Assembly (NCBI GenBank): GCA_023205875.1
Contig: CP060754.1
Location: forward strand, 1,302,001-1,366,000
DNA length: 64,000 bases
DNA from: Chloropicon primus
Lineage: Eukaryota
Direction: 5' to 3'
Shown: positions 1 through 10,833 of the stretch, piece after piece
Layout: every line of letters starts with the position of its first letter
How positions within the stretch are numbered: position 1 is the stretch's first letter
The notes under the pieces: generated by a model
What the model saw: the letters and a program-made list of their open reading frames with translations, nothing else
The model's database searches: none
Told to the model about the DNA's origin: nothing
Translations under genes and position numbers: made by a program

Positions 1-735
1 GCGGCTTTGGCGGAGGCACTCGTCTCGGATCTCGGGCACCTCTTCGGCCCGGACGAGCCGAAACCCGTTTTTTTTGGACACGGGACGGGGTCCTGGTTCG
101 CCTTCGAGGTCGCCAGGCTGCTGGAGTCCAGGAGCGTCGTCGTCGACGACGACAACAGCGACGAGTCCGCGGGGGATCGCCTCCTCCCTCCCGTCGCCCT
201 TTTCGTGTCCTGCTTCCCCGCCCCCGACATCCCGGTCGAGGACAGGCCGTGGCCAGCGCTTTCGGGCCTCGCGAGCGAGGCGGATCTCCGGAGGCACCTC
301 GTTCAAGTTTGGGGGGTCCCGATCGAAGCGCTGAGGCCGCCGGCCCGGAAGCCCTTTCAGGAGGCTCTCCAGAGAGATTTGGGTCTCTTGGATGCCTACT
401 TGTGCGTCCCGCCGGGGAGCAGCAAGGAGGCGGGTTCTTCGCCGCCGTCGTCGCAGGAGGTGGGAGGCGGCAAAGGCACGAGCGTGGGGGTCACCAAGCT
501 GAAGTGCCCGATCAGTCTTTTCGTGAGCCGGGAAGACCCTTTTGTTGGGCCCATGACGGGATCTCCGGTGCTGATGGAAGCGTGGGGCAGGTTCACCCAA
601 GTTGGAAAGATGTCTGTGGACATCTTTTATGGTGATCACTACTATTTGTGCGATAGGAAGATGGGGAACGACGTCGGCCGGGTCCTTCTGGAGAAAGTGC
701 AGAAGATCGCTGACCTCGTCAGCTTTGAATTCTAA
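1..735 (+). CDS. Thioesterase II-like alpha/beta hydrolase (5' end lies outside the window)
   Basis: Motifs PVFFGHGTGSWFAFEVA (GHSxG-equivalent elbow), PVALFVSC, LKCPISLF and FYGDHYYL (catalytic His region) match the TEII/GrsT layout; the ORF is open to the window edge. Confidence 0.7.
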   Translation, partial: AALAEALVSDLGHLFGPDEPKPVFFGHGTGSWFAFEVARLLESRSVVVDDDNSDESAGDRLLPPVALFVSCFPAPDIPVEDRPWPALSGLASEADLRRHLVQVWGVPIEALRPPARKPFQEALQRDLGLLDAYLCVPPGSSKEAGSSPPSSQEVGGGKGTSVGVTKLKCPISLFVSREDPFVGPMTGSPVLMEAWGRFTQVGKMSVDIFYGDHYYLCDRKMGNDVGRVLLEKVQKIADLVSFEF

Positions 736-1634
736 GTCTAACACGGAATTACAGCCCGTTGGGACAGCAGCTGCTGCTCCATCGCATCGCCCTCCTTTCC
801 TTCGGAGTCCTTCCTCCTGGACTTGCTGGGAAAACGCTCAAGAAATTTCCACAGGGAGAGAGAGACGAGAGAGAGACAGAGAGACGAGAGAGAGACAGAG
901 AGACGAGAGAGAGAGAGAGAGCAAGTCCAAGAAGTCCAAGTCCCTTCGTCTTCTTCTTGAACATTCTTCTTGGGATCCCAAGACCTGTTTAGCGCGACAC
1001 ACGATGAAGACCATGCCGAGGTATACAAGCAAGAAACAAAACAAAACTCAAAACTCAAGACACTCGGTGCCTGGGATCTGCATGAGAAATGTACAAGACC
1101 AAGACGCCCCTTCGTCTTTTGGACTTTGTTGTAGCCCTCCCTTTCCCTTTCCCTTGGTACCCTCCAATTAACGTGGTCTTGCTCTGCTCTGCTTTCCTCT
1201 AAGTAACTCCAAGGCTCCCTCCACTTTCCGTGCAGAAGGAAAGGACGAGGGCACTCCTGTCTTCCCGTCCTCTCTCAAGCCAAAGCCAAGGACAGAGACC
1301 AAGCGCTAGCTGTGTGTGCGTGGGTGGGGGCAAGGCACGACCTTGTTGGAAGGGATGAAGACAGAGAACAGGTTGACCAGCGGACCCTAAAAGAACTCAA
1401 GGGGTGGCGACGCACAACACCTGATATATCAGGTCGTGGACGGAGGAAGAGGGGAAACCCATCAACACCACAGTGAACCCAAAGGTTGGATCTTTGCAAA
1501 GATGAAGACGTGCACGCAGGGATAGAACTTGGCGAAGAGACAGAAAGGTCCCCTTGGGAGGAACGCAAAGGCGGGCGATCTAACTATTGATACGGCACAG
1601 GCACAGGTAGTACCACACTCGCTTAAGCGTCGCC

Positions 1635-3818
1635 ATGAAGGACGGAGGACGTCAGAAGATCGTGTCGCCCCGCATCAGCGTCATGAAGGGGATGCAAGGG
1701 CAGCAAATGAAGGAGCTGGGGAGGCGCCAGTCCGCCTTCACGCTGGAATACAGGCAGCTGAGGACGGAAGCCGACGAGCACGTGTTCAAGACTGCCCTGA
1801 ACAAAGTAAAGAAGCTCTTCACCGGGAACAAGATTGGTGTGAACGACAAACACATTGTGGAGGAGGAGGACCTTCCTGCTCCGAGGCGCAACAGGCCCCG
1901 GTCGATGTCCGTCCAAGAGGACCTCCTTTCCGATAAGCTGAACCAGCCAACCTTTATGTTCAACCCCATTGGGCACACCAAGATGGCGTGGGACGCTTTT
2001 GTCATGTTCTTCGTGATTTGGAACTGCTGCTCTGTGCCCTACCACACTGCGCTTCAGCCGCGGTACAATTGCACGGAGGAGGAGCTCAAGAACGTGGAGT
2101 ACACGGACTGCTACCCGAAAACAAGTCAGAACTTTGACGTCCTTGTCTACATTGTATTCTGGCTGGACTTGTTCGTCCAGTCAAGGACGGGCTACGTGAA
2201 CGATCAGCAGCATATAGTGCTGAATTTCAAGCAAGCGTTTCGCCACTACCTGTGCGGCTGGTTCCTGATCGATTTCGCGTCCGCCATACCTTTCGACTAC
2301 ATAGCGGCATCCAAATCGGAGACCGGCTTCATCGAGATCCGCTTGTTGCAGATGCTCAAGCTCTTCAAGGTGGCGCCGCTCACAAAGGGTCTGGACAAGA
2401 CCCCGCAGGCGAACATCTTCCGCCTTGTCAGAGTCATCCTCGGCCTGATGATGCTCGGGCACTGGATCGGTTGCATGTACTTCTACCTTGGAATGCACCA
2501 GCTCACGTACTACGAGAACGAGGGCTGCAACGACAACACGGGGTGCCCTTGGATCAAGCAATACAACATGACGACGGCAAACCTTTATACGCAGTACTCG
2601 TCTTCCCTCTACTGGGGGATGACCATGCTTACGTCCGTGGAGTTCGGATACGTGTCGCCCCACACGAACGTCGAAAAGTTCTTCGCATGGTTTTGCCAGC
2701 TCCTGGGAGCCATTATCACTGCCATCATCTTCGGAGAGGTCGTCACGGCAGTCCAGGACTTTGAGGGGTCCAACTCCAGGTACAGGAACGTGATGGGTCG
2801 GACCAACCAGTTTCTCAAGTTTTATAACTTGCCCAAAGATTTGGCGAAGAGGGTGAGAAACAACATGGAGTACGGCTGGACCCTGCACAGTGGTATGGAC
2901 CAGCACGAGCTTCTCCAAGTCCTTCCGGATTCTTTGAGGACGGAGGTGCTCATGCACGTGCAAAGGAACGTGATACAGACGTGCACCATGTTCAAAGAGT
3001 GCGACAAGGCTTTCATCAAGGCGATGTGCCTGAATCTGGAGCCTAACGCCTACTTGCCATACGAGGTGGTCTATGAGGAGGGGGATGCAACGCGGGACGT
3101 TTACTTTGTTTCCAGGGGCAGGTTTAAGGTGGTCACGGGAACAGGACGAGCGCTGAGTGTGCTGAGCGAGGGCGATTATTTCGGCGAGCTCTCGTACTTT
3201 GACTACACGAGAAGAAGTGCAAGTGTTGTGGCGATCACATACGGGGAGGTCTACATCATCACCTGTACGAAACTTGACGAAATTCTTGACTCCTTCCCTG
3301 AGTACGTTTCCGTGCTGAGGAGAGAAGCAGCTCAGCACGCCAGGGTGTACGACAAGGGAACATTCTACACTTCACCGGGAGTCCGCCGCAAGTCGGCGCT
3401 GAACCAGCAGCCTGCCCCCGGCGGCGGCACCGTCAAGGAAGACCCCGTGGAGGTGAAGACAAAGTCAATCACCCCGTGGCTGGAAACCCCACAATCCAGG
3501 TCTCCTCTCGGTGGGATCACCGAGGACGAGGAGATGACCGAAGAGGAACTTTCTCTTACCCCAACTGTACCTGTCACGGAAGACGACTACAGCGACGATG
3601 CCCAGAAGGACCTTCCTGGCTCGATATCCAGTCCACCCAAGAGCCCCCAAAAGAAGCAGCTCACGGACATAGAGATCCAGTACAAGACGGCGACCATGTA
3701 TTCTAGCCAACTAAAAAAGATGTATGAGCAGGCTCTCCACCAGGAGAAAATTTTGGCAGCGAACATACAAAACGTGAGGCAAAAGGAGCAGGAGAGGATG
3801 AGGGAGGAAGACATTTAG
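1635..3818 (+). CDS. Cyclic-nucleotide-binding-domain cation channel (EAG/ERG/HCN/CNG superfamily)
   Basis: WDAFVMFFVIWN (S1), WFLIDFASAIPFD (S3), GHWIGCMYF (S5), YSSSLYW...TSVEFGYVSP (pore), C-linker LPDSLRTEV, CNBD GDYFGE...RRSASVVA; an upstream exon is possible. Confidence 0.9.
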   Translation: MKDGGRQKIVSPRISVMKGMQGQQMKELGRRQSAFTLEYRQLRTEADEHVFKTALNKVKKLFTGNKIGVNDKHIVEEEDLPAPRRNRPRSMSVQEDLLSDKLNQPTFMFNPIGHTKMAWDAFVMFFVIWNCCSVPYHTALQPRYNCTEEELKNVEYTDCYPKTSQNFDVLVYIVFWLDLFVQSRTGYVNDQQHIVLNFKQAFRHYLCGWFLIDFASAIPFDYIAASKSETGFIEIRLLQMLKLFKVAPLTKGLDKTPQANIFRLVRVILGLMMLGHWIGCMYFYLGMHQLTYYENEGCNDNTGCPWIKQYNMTTANLYTQYSSSLYWGMTMLTSVEFGYVSPHTNVEKFFAWFCQLLGAIITAIIFGEVVTAVQDFEGSNSRYRNVMGRTNQFLKFYNLPKDLAKRVRNNMEYGWTLHSGMDQHELLQVLPDSLRTEVLMHVQRNVIQTCTMFKECDKAFIKAMCLNLEPNAYLPYEVVYEEGDATRDVYFVSRGRFKVVTGTGRALSVLSEGDYFGELSYFDYTRRSASVVAITYGEVYIITCTKLDEILDSFPEYVSVLRREAAQHARVYDKGTFYTSPGVRRKSALNQQPAPGGGTVKEDPVEVKTKSITPWLETPQSRSPLGGITEDEEMTEEELSLTPTVPVTEDDYSDDAQKDLPGSISSPPKSPQKKQLTDIEIQYKTATMYSSQLKKMYEQALHQEKILAANIQNVRQKEQERMREEDI

Positions 3819-3909
3819 ATGAGCAAGGTTCACTGAGAATTTTATGAAACTTTTGTTAAAAAAAAACTTTCAAAAATAGAGAAAACAGCCTAACCCCCAA
3901 GGCTCGCCC

Positions 3910-4520
3910 CTACCGCGTCCTGTTCTTCGATACCTTCATCCTCTTCTTGCTTCCCTTCCTCGCTTGGGCCTCTGGAGCTTGCTCCTCGGCCTCCACGCCC
4001 CTGTTGCTCGCCTGAGAGAACAAGTAGTCCTTGATCGCAAGGGCTATGAGATAGGAAACGTACAGCGGGATCTGAAATCGATGGCAGTGCGCGGATGTCA
4101 GTACAAGGAAAGGGCGACGGGCTCTTGTTCGGAGGGACTCACCAGACCAAAGATCGCGATTCCCCACTTCATGGACAGCACCGTGAAGAAGTTGCATCCT
4201 CCGATCAGAAATATCAGGTCCTGCAAGTTCTCGATCCACCACGCAGGAGCACGGGTTCCAGTCCTCAGATTCACGGGCAGGAGGGACGTCCCGTTGCCGG
4301 CCACCGTCCCGAGAAACGACAGAGAGAACCATGCCAACAGATTGATGATCGAGAGGAACACCCATCCTTTGGGGGTGTGCATTTCCATAGGTTTCGCCGT
4401 TCGAGTGACTGCAACCGTGCCCACGAAGTGAGCGAACTCGGAGGACACAATCACCTTCCGGAGCAAGGCAAGCCTCGCCCCGTTCTCCTTCGCGAGCTTC
4501 TTCGCAGAACCACCAGCCAT
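3910..4520 (-). CDS. TMEM208: TMEM208/SND2 (DUF788) ER membrane protein; exons 4520-4143 and 4071-3910
   Basis: N-terminus MAGGSAKKLAKEN..L..LR, WIENLQDLIF, then IPLY and a basic C-terminal tail; a 71-nt GTGAGT...TTTCAG intron (4142-4072) joins two ORFs in frame. Confidence 0.75.
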
Positions 4521-4660
4521 CCTCCTCCAAGCCAAAAAAGCAGGTTTCGATGACGAAATTAAGAAAGGAGCTGGCGGAAGGAAGGAGCGTGTGATTGGCG
4601 CTGCGTTGCACATCATTGCGAGCAAAGACAAAAAGAAAAGAAAAGGAGAAAGGCTTCGCT

Positions 4661-6451
4661 TCATTCAACTCGAGTGTCGATTACTGATTTGCAGGTCGCG
4701 TCTTCCTCTCCCCGTGCATGCATGTACAGCGCCCTGTCCAGCACGTTCGCCTTTTCGATGTAATCGATGACTTCCTCGTCGATGAGGTGCCTTTTGTACA
4801 CGATCTGGCGGCCGTACTCATCCTGGACCTTTTGCAGGAACTTGATCTTGTGCTTCATCTCCTTCTTCGACCTGGCCCGGTCAATGCATTGATCGTAGAC
4901 CATTTTCACCGTCGCCTTGTCTGGCGGCATGCCGTACTCGTCAGAGAGCCACGCCTCTTCCGCCTTGATGGGCTCGCCGGCCTTCCGCAACTCCTCCATG
5001 AGCCTCTCCTCCTCCCTTTCGATGTCCCTCAACTCCTTCACTGCGAGATCGTCAGAGCTGTCCTCGCTTGCCCGACGATTTTGCTGCTCGAGCTTTGAGG
5101 CAAGCAAGGACTCGAGGTCATCCTCCAGTTCCACCAGCCTCTCCCTCCTTTCCTCCTCCTTCTTTTGCACGGCCACCCTGAGATTCTCCACCCACCTTTC
5201 CCCGTTCTTGTAGGCCAGCTGATTGAAGTCCCAGCCCCCCGCCTCCAGCAACCCGGCGATCGAGGCGTCGAGGTCCTCGAAGAGGCTGACGTGCCACATC
5301 CCGTCAAGCACGCCCTTTGCCCTGTCCAGGATTGCCTCGCCAAAGGCGTAGTCGCCCTCAAAACTGGTGTCCATCGCGCAACCCCGAAGCTCCTTGGAAA
5401 GCCCGTGCTCCCTCGAGATGTTGGTGATGCCAAGGACCTGGTACACCTGGTTGTTGTGGATCACGTGGTGGACTTCCGGCAGCCTCACGAACTCCGACAG
5501 GGGCATCACCAAGGGGTTGTCGTAGGGGTCCAAATCCGGAAGCACGTTGGCCCCAGGAGGCGGGGCCCCCGCGGTCTCGTTCGAGACTCTGTTGTAGTAC
5601 ACAATGTCCTTGCTGGTGGCGTTGTACTGCACCGACCAAGCGTGCGCCCCGTCCTCGGAATCGACCAAGAGCTTCTCCCTCTCCCTCGTCTTCTGCTTCC
5701 TTCTCCTCATGTCCTCCTCAACGATGGGGATGAGCTCGATCCAAGGCCAGACGTCGTCCGTCGACGTCCTCCTCCCGTCCGTCTTCTTCGGCTTGTACAG
5801 GTACCGGGACGCCGTGCGGACTGTGAACTCGTAGGCGCTCAGCGCGCGGTCAACTGGGTCCCTAAGCTGGGTGAACACGGCCAAGTTCTGCCCGTCGTCC
5901 TGCCCGAAGGGTCGAATTGTCTCCAGGACGGAGAGGTCGTCGTGGGTCCCCTGAAAGCTGCACCTGTGGCCCACCGGATCGAGGGCCCCGACATCGATGG
6001 GGTTGTGCCTGACGTCGGAGGCCCCCGCGGAAGCGGCGGCGTCACCCTGCCCGTCCTGCCTCCACCTCACCGACCTCGTGCGGCTCCCGCTCTTCCCCTC
6101 GCCGTACGAGCTGAGGCACCTCTGGTAGGGCGGGAAGATCCCCTTCATGAGGCAGAAGTTCAGCGTCCTTCCCGCAACCCGAGGGATATGCAGGAAGAAG
6201 TAAAAGTTCGGGTTCGGCGGAGGAGGGGAAGAAGGTTCCCCCCGCTCCACCAGCCTCCCCTCGGCAAAGTTCGGGAGGTCGTCCAACCGCTTCAGACACT
6301 CCTCCGTTGTAGTCGTTGTCCCCTCCGTCGTCCCAACCACCAGCACCAGGAAGAAAACCGCCGCTGCTGCGACGAGACGGGACGAGACGAGGGGGCGAGA
6401 GGACGAGGCGAGAAGACGAGAGGCCTTCCTCCCCATGGCGACGCACCCCAT
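4661..6451 (-). CDS. TPST: Plant-type tyrosylprotein sulfotransferase-like protein
   Basis: N-terminal anchor; FFLHIPRVAGRT (5'-PSB), THDDLS, LRDPVDRALSAYEF (3'-PB), DVWPW..L, IHNNQVYQVLGITN in the order recalled for Arabidopsis TPST. Confidence 0.75.
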   Translation of the reverse strand: MGCVAMGRKASRLLASSSRPLVSSRLVAAAAVFFLVLVVGTTEGTTTTTEECLKRLDDLPNFAEGRLVERGEPSSPPPPNPNFYFFLHIPRVAGRTLNFCLMKGIFPPYQRCLSSYGEGKSGSRTRSVRWRQDGQGDAAASAGASDVRHNPIDVGALDPVGHRCSFQGTHDDLSVLETIRPFGQDDGQNLAVFTQLRDPVDRALSAYEFTVRTASRYLYKPKKTDGRRTSTDDVWPWIELIPIVEEDMRRRKQKTREREKLLVDSEDGAHAWSVQYNATSKDIVYYNRVSNETAGAPPPGANVLPDLDPYDNPLVMPLSEFVRLPEVHHVIHNNQVYQVLGITNISREHGLSKELRGCAMDTSFEGDYAFGEAILDRAKGVLDGMWHVSLFEDLDASIAGLLEAGGWDFNQLAYKNGERWVENLRVAVQKKEEERRERLVELEDDLESLLASKLEQQNRRASEDSSDDLAVKELRDIEREEERLMEELRKAGEPIKAEEAWLSDEYGMPPDKATVKMVYDQCIDRARSKKEMKHKIKFLQKVQDEYGRQIVYKRHLIDEEVIDYIEKANVLDRALYMHARGEEDATCKSVIDTRVE

Positions 6452-6938
6452 TCTAAGCCAGGAGTGGTAGTAGTAGCAGCCCTCTCCGACTTGCGAGGTG
6501 GTACCGGCGCAACGATCTTATTGATCTCACCGCCGGCGTCGTCCTTCTTCCCCTCCACTTCGTCTCCAACACCTCCCGAGCCTCCCCTCGCGCTCGTTCT
6601 CCCCCTCCCCCTCCCTCCTCCCTCTGTCGATCCCCCCAAACCTCTTTCGCGTCCTCAAATCCTCACCACCGGGTCGAATCCTTCAACGAAGGGCTCTTTG
6701 GAAAGAGAAAGACTCCAATCTTCCGCCCGTGTCCCGCTCCCTTTCCCCGCCTCTCTCCCGAGCCTCCCCTCGCGCTCGTTCTCCCCCTCTCCCTCGAGCG
6801 TTAGAGTTCTCCCGTCGCTCGAGAGCTTGTGGAGAGAGAGAGAGAGGAGCGTCGGCGTCGGCGGAAGAGAGAGAAAGAAGGAGCGAAGGAGCTTTGGAGA
6901 CGGTAGGGAGGGGAGACAGTAGAGAGAGAGAGAGAGAG

Positions 6939-7337
6939 ATGGCGTTGAGGTCGATAGCTGGTGCGGTGTCGCAGGCGGTGACGCGGACTATGGGTGTGAA
7001 GGAGCTCGGAACGGTGGGAGCATTCAGAACGCTAGGTCAAACGAACTTGAACTTGTTTGGAACGCGGTTCTACGGCGACGCTGCCTTGTCCAAGGACGAG
7101 GTGACCGCCCGCGTCCTCGACGTCGTGAAGAACATGGAGAAGGTGGACCCGGCCAAGGTGAACGCCGAGTCTTGCGACTTCACCAAGGACTTGGGCTTGG
7201 ACTCCCTCGACACCGTGGAGGTTGTCATGGCTTTCGAGGAGGAGTTCCAGCTCGAGATCCCGGACGAGGAGGCCGACAAGATCGCTTCCTGCCAGCAGGC
7301 GATCGAGTACATCACCAAGCACCCCATGGCCAAGTAA
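6939..7337 (+). CDS. Mitochondrial acyl carrier protein
   Basis: Presequence followed by [30 protein letters not shown] (phosphopantetheine Ser motif), ending HPMAK. Confidence 0.95.
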   Translation: MALRSIAGAVSQAVTRTMGVKELGTVGAFRTLGQTNLNLFGTRFYGDAALSKDEVTARVLDVVKNMEKVDPAKVNAESCDFTKDLGLDSLDTVEVVMAFEEEFQLEIPDEEADKIASCQQAIEYITKHPMAK

Positions 7338-7498
7338 AGGGAAAATTATGATGATGATTCATTAAAAATACACACTTTGGCTTGGCTTGGCTTTGTGGCT
7401 GGCTCGGCGAACGATTAATAGAGAAGATTTTTAAGACAACACAGTTGGCTCCCACCGTCTGCATGTAGGAGCTGGTGGGTGCGGCTCCCCCCCGTGCC

Positions 7499-9733
7499 TC
7501 AGGTCGCCGTGAGCTCCACCTCTTCCAGGGCGGCCTTCCTCTTGGTGAGGTCGAGCTTGTGGAGCAGTATCACGACCTTCCTCGCTCGGGCGGACTCGTC
7601 CGGGGACTCCTCCACCTCCAGGAACTCGAGTGGGGCCTCCTGCATGCAGAACACAAAGGCCAGGGGAGCCCCGCCCCCGATGATGCTCCTGGGGCTGAGC
7701 ACCAGCAGCTCCCCGTCCACCCACTTTGGGTCCGCGTAGCCGTCCCTGGCGGTCTGGCCTCGGCCCCTGTAGAGGTGCTGCACCGCGAGCTCTTCCGGGT
7801 ACCGGTACTGGTTGTGGTACTGCCAGGAGGACCTCCCGGTGGAGAAGGACACCCTGTTCTGCCTGGAGATGTTGGCCTTGAAGCTGACTTTCCCCGCAGG
7901 AACGTTGGAGTCGCCCGTGATTTTCGTCGCCACGACGTGCTCCTGGAACGTCCCGTCGTCCGCGGGAAGCATCTCCCTCCTCAGGCTCAGCAGCTCCGTC
8001 CCGTGGACGCCGTAATTCCCAAAGTAGATCCCCTCGAAAGGGTCGTTCCAGTGGGACCCGTCGATGTTCAGGCGGTCATAGGACACCACGAGCTGGTCTT
8101 CGCCGACGTTGCCGCTCTTGCTGTCCTCCGATAATTCCCGTCGTTTTTGATCCAGTTCGTTCAGCATATCCAGCGTGAGGACTGCGCTGACTGAGTCCTC
8201 GGTCGTCTTCTTCGAGTCATCAGCCTTCTCGTTGTCGGGGTAGATGGCGGACAGGGGGGTGGAGCCGTCCTTCGCCTTGTCCTTGGCATCCCGCACGAGC
8301 TCCTTGAGGGCGACCAGGAGCTCGTTGTACGCCCCCGACTTGGACTGCTGCAGGACGCTGATGTCGCGGAGGCCGTCCTTTGATTCTTCGGAGAACTCGA
8401 TCCGGGGGTGCTGCCAGACGATCTCAAATTTGTTCAGATCGTCCCCGCACACCAGCTCCGCGGGCCTGGGCTCCTCCTCCATCGAGTCAAGCCCGAAGGA
8501 GCTCGTGTCGACGAGCTCAAAGTCCTCCGGGTCGTAATCCCCCCGGGAGAAGAGGTCGGCCAGCTCCCCGTCCATACGAGTGGAGGCGTCGAACGCCTCC
8601 CTCTGCCACTCAAAGTCGCCAAAGTCCAAGTCCGACGACGACGACGACGGCTGCGGCGGCGGCGGCGAGGAGGAGGAGGAGAGCGAGGACGGCGGAGAGG
8701 AGGAGGAGAACTTGTGGAGGAGTTCCTGTAGCTCGTCCGGCACCCCCAACTCGTCGCCGTCGTCGCCCAGCATCAAGTCGTACTGATTCTCGCCCGCCAG
8801 CAGAGAGTACGTCACTGCCATCTGCTTGTACTCGCCGCCGACGTTCTTCAGGTACAGCTCCCAGAGCCTCTCCCCGGGCTCCGCCCAGGAGGAGGAGGGC
8901 CCCAGCATCCCGTCCAGCGGAGGCGACGAGGAGGAGGAGGAGGAGGTGGTGGTGGTTTTGGTGGTGCCGCCCCTCTTCCAGCGCTTCCTACCCCCCGTGG
9001 AAGAGGGGGAGGAAGAAGAAGAGGAAGAGGAAGACGACAGCGGAGAGTAGCCCTCGTCCTTGGTGGAGTAGTACATCTGGGCAAGGTCCGAGCCGCTGTA
9101 GCCCCTCGCGGAGAGGGACGAGAACCGAGGCTCCACGAGAACGACGTGTCCGTAAGGGTCGAGGACGTCTTGGTGGACGGACAAGTCGCCCTCCCCCTCC
9201 TTCCCGGGCCCCAGCCTCTCCTCGCACCTCCCCACCCACCAGCCCTGGAACCGGGTCCCGGCCTCGTCCCTCAGCCCCGCCGCTCTCGAAAAGTCCTCGC
9301 GACGGAGGCAAGCCTCCAGCTCCTGCAGAGCCTGCTCCACGGCGTCCGGCGTCTCCTCCAGCACGGCCCTGAGCTTGTCCTTGAGAGCAAGGGCCTCCTC
9401 GTACTCCTCTTCCCTCACCCGCTGCCGGAGGAGCTGAGAGAGGTGGAGAGCCTGCGAGGAGGCGCTCCTGCACTTGGCGATGTACTCCACCCACTCGTCC
9501 CAGTCCGGCGGATAGAGCGACGACGAGGTGGTGGCGGTAGTGGCGGCGGTGGCGGTGGTGGCCGACGCCACGAGGAGCACCAGCGCTTGCTGTCGCTTAC
9601 TACTACTACTACTCCTACGACGACGACGACGACAACGACGACTCGAGGGCGGAGGCGGCTTTAGTGCACCGCATTGCGGCAAAGCGACGACGCGCTCCGC
9701 CCTCGCGACGAGTTCCGCCCTCGCGGCGGCCAT
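7499..9733 (-). CDS. EXECUTER-like chloroplast protein (UVR repeats + DUF3506)
   Basis: Transit peptide; two UVR-like segments (EEEYEEALALKDKL, REDFSRAAGLRD), GWWVG, DPYGHVV; C-terminal DPFEGIYFGNYGVHGTELL and KITGDSNVPAGKVSF. Confidence 0.85.
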   Translation of the reverse strand: MAAARAELVARAERVVALPQCGALKPPPPSSRRCRRRRRRSSSSSKRQQALVLLVASATTATAATTATTSSSLYPPDWDEWVEYIAKCRSASSQALHLSQLLRQRVREEEYEEALALKDKLRAVLEETPDAVEQALQELEACLRREDFSRAAGLRDEAGTRFQGWWVGRCEERLGPGKEGEGDLSVHQDVLDPYGHVVLVEPRFSSLSARGYSGSDLAQMYYSTKDEGYSPLSSSSSSSSSSPSSTGGRKRWKRGGTTKTTTTSSSSSSSPPLDGMLGPSSSWAEPGERLWELYLKNVGGEYKQMAVTYSLLAGENQYDLMLGDDGDELGVPDELQELLHKFSSSSPPSSLSSSSSPPPPQPSSSSSDLDFGDFEWQREAFDASTRMDGELADLFSRGDYDPEDFELVDTSSFGLDSMEEEPRPAELVCGDDLNKFEIVWQHPRIEFSEESKDGLRDISVLQQSKSGAYNELLVALKELVRDAKDKAKDGSTPLSAIYPDNEKADDSKKTTEDSVSAVLTLDMLNELDQKRRELSEDSKSGNVGEDQLVVSYDRLNIDGSHWNDPFEGIYFGNYGVHGTELLSLRREMLPADDGTFQEHVVATKITGDSNVPAGKVSFKANISRQNRVSFSTGRSSWQYHNQYRYPEELAVQHLYRGRGQTARDGYADPKWVDGELLVLSPRSIIGGGAPLAFVFCMQEAPLEFLEVEESPDESARARKVVILLHKLDLTKRKAALEEVELTAT

Positions 9734-10368
9734 GGAAGACGACACACGAGTAGTCTGTCTGTCTTTCTGTCTGCAGCAAAGGATAAACACAACTCAACTC
9801 CTCCAGTAATGATGCTGATAATATGCTGATGCTGATGCTTGACTGTCGAGGTACCCAAAGGAAAGCAAGAGAGAAAGGGAGAAAAGAAGTGTGCGTGGTG
9901 TGAAGTGAATGCACGCGCCTCGTTCCCCTTCCTTCCCTGGCTCGTCTCGCCTCGGAGTCGAAGAAGAAGCAAACAAAAGTTGCTCCTCCCCTGCTGTCTG
10001 CGCTCGCCCAATGAACAAGATAGAAAACGATATCCAATCGAAACGCGCTGAAGCGAAGCGAAGGGGAGAGGAGGAGAGGAGGAGAGAGAGAGAGGAGGAG
10101 AGAGAGAGAGGAGGAGAGAGCGATTCTGAGACCGAGACCGAGACCGCGAGACCGATACCTCGCCTTCTTTCGGGTGGAATCCAATTGCGCTGTTGAAAGT
10201 GAGCGAGAGACTTGTCTTGGTCTCTGGTCTCTTGCGGAGGGAAAGGCAGGGAGAGAGGGGGGGAAGGGAAGGAGGCATCGTCTTTCTTATCGTGGAATAC
10301 CCGGGACACGGTCAGCGTCTGCGTCATCACCATCGCCGCCCCGGGCTAGCGCTCACTTGGGACAACTC

Positions 10369-10833
10369 ATGAAGACCGCGAGGCAGCTGAGGGCGGACGA
10401 GGTCGTGCAAGAGAGGGCAAAGTACCTGCTGGAGGTCGCCAAGCGCGGCGGCAGCCCGGGCGAGCCGTCGTCGTCCTCGTCGTCGTCGATACCCCGGTGC
10501 ATCGCGGCGAGGTGCGGCCACAAGGCCCTGAGCTTGCACCACGCGAACGCCCTGAGCACGCAGAGGCTCCTGCGAAGGCCGGAGGTCCTTTCCCTGTGCG
10601 GGTACTGCGGGTGCCGCCTGGACGACGACGATGACGCCAAGGGGCGAGGGGGAGGAGGTGAGTCGGAGGGGGCCGTGGTGGCCGTCAAGGGGAAGGCCCT
10701 GAGGAGCATCAGGAAGCACCTGAGGTCCAGGAGGAAGAAGAAAGTCCTTCTCCGGGCGACGTCCAGGGTCTGCAAGCTGTGCGGACGGAAGACGATCTTC
10801 AAGACCCTGAAAAGGGAAGAAGCGGCCGCCTAA
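10369..10833 (+). CDS. RNase P/MRP subunit Rpr2/Rpp21-like zinc-ribbon protein
   Basis: R..YL near the N-terminus, two CxxC pairs (LCGYCG, CKLCG), basic and small. Confidence 0.55.
   Translation: MKTARQLRADEVVQERAKYLLEVAKRGGSPGEPSSSSSSSIPRCIAARCGHKALSLHHANALSTQRLLRRPEVLSLCGYCGCRLDDDDDAKGRGGGGESEGAVVAVKGKALRSIRKHLRSRRKKKVLLRATSRVCKLCGRKTIFKTLKREEAAA

Noticed and set aside
855..920. GA-rich and other microsatellites (also 13505-13535, 15650-15678, 59730-59770)
   Set aside because: Simple repeats typical of UTR and intergenic DNA throughout the window; no higher-order structure seen
4661..4664. ATGA stop/start overlap suggesting translational coupling of TPST and TMEM208
   Set aside because: TMEM208 similarity starts at ATG 4520; the extra 48 codons look like UTR, so the overlap is probably chance
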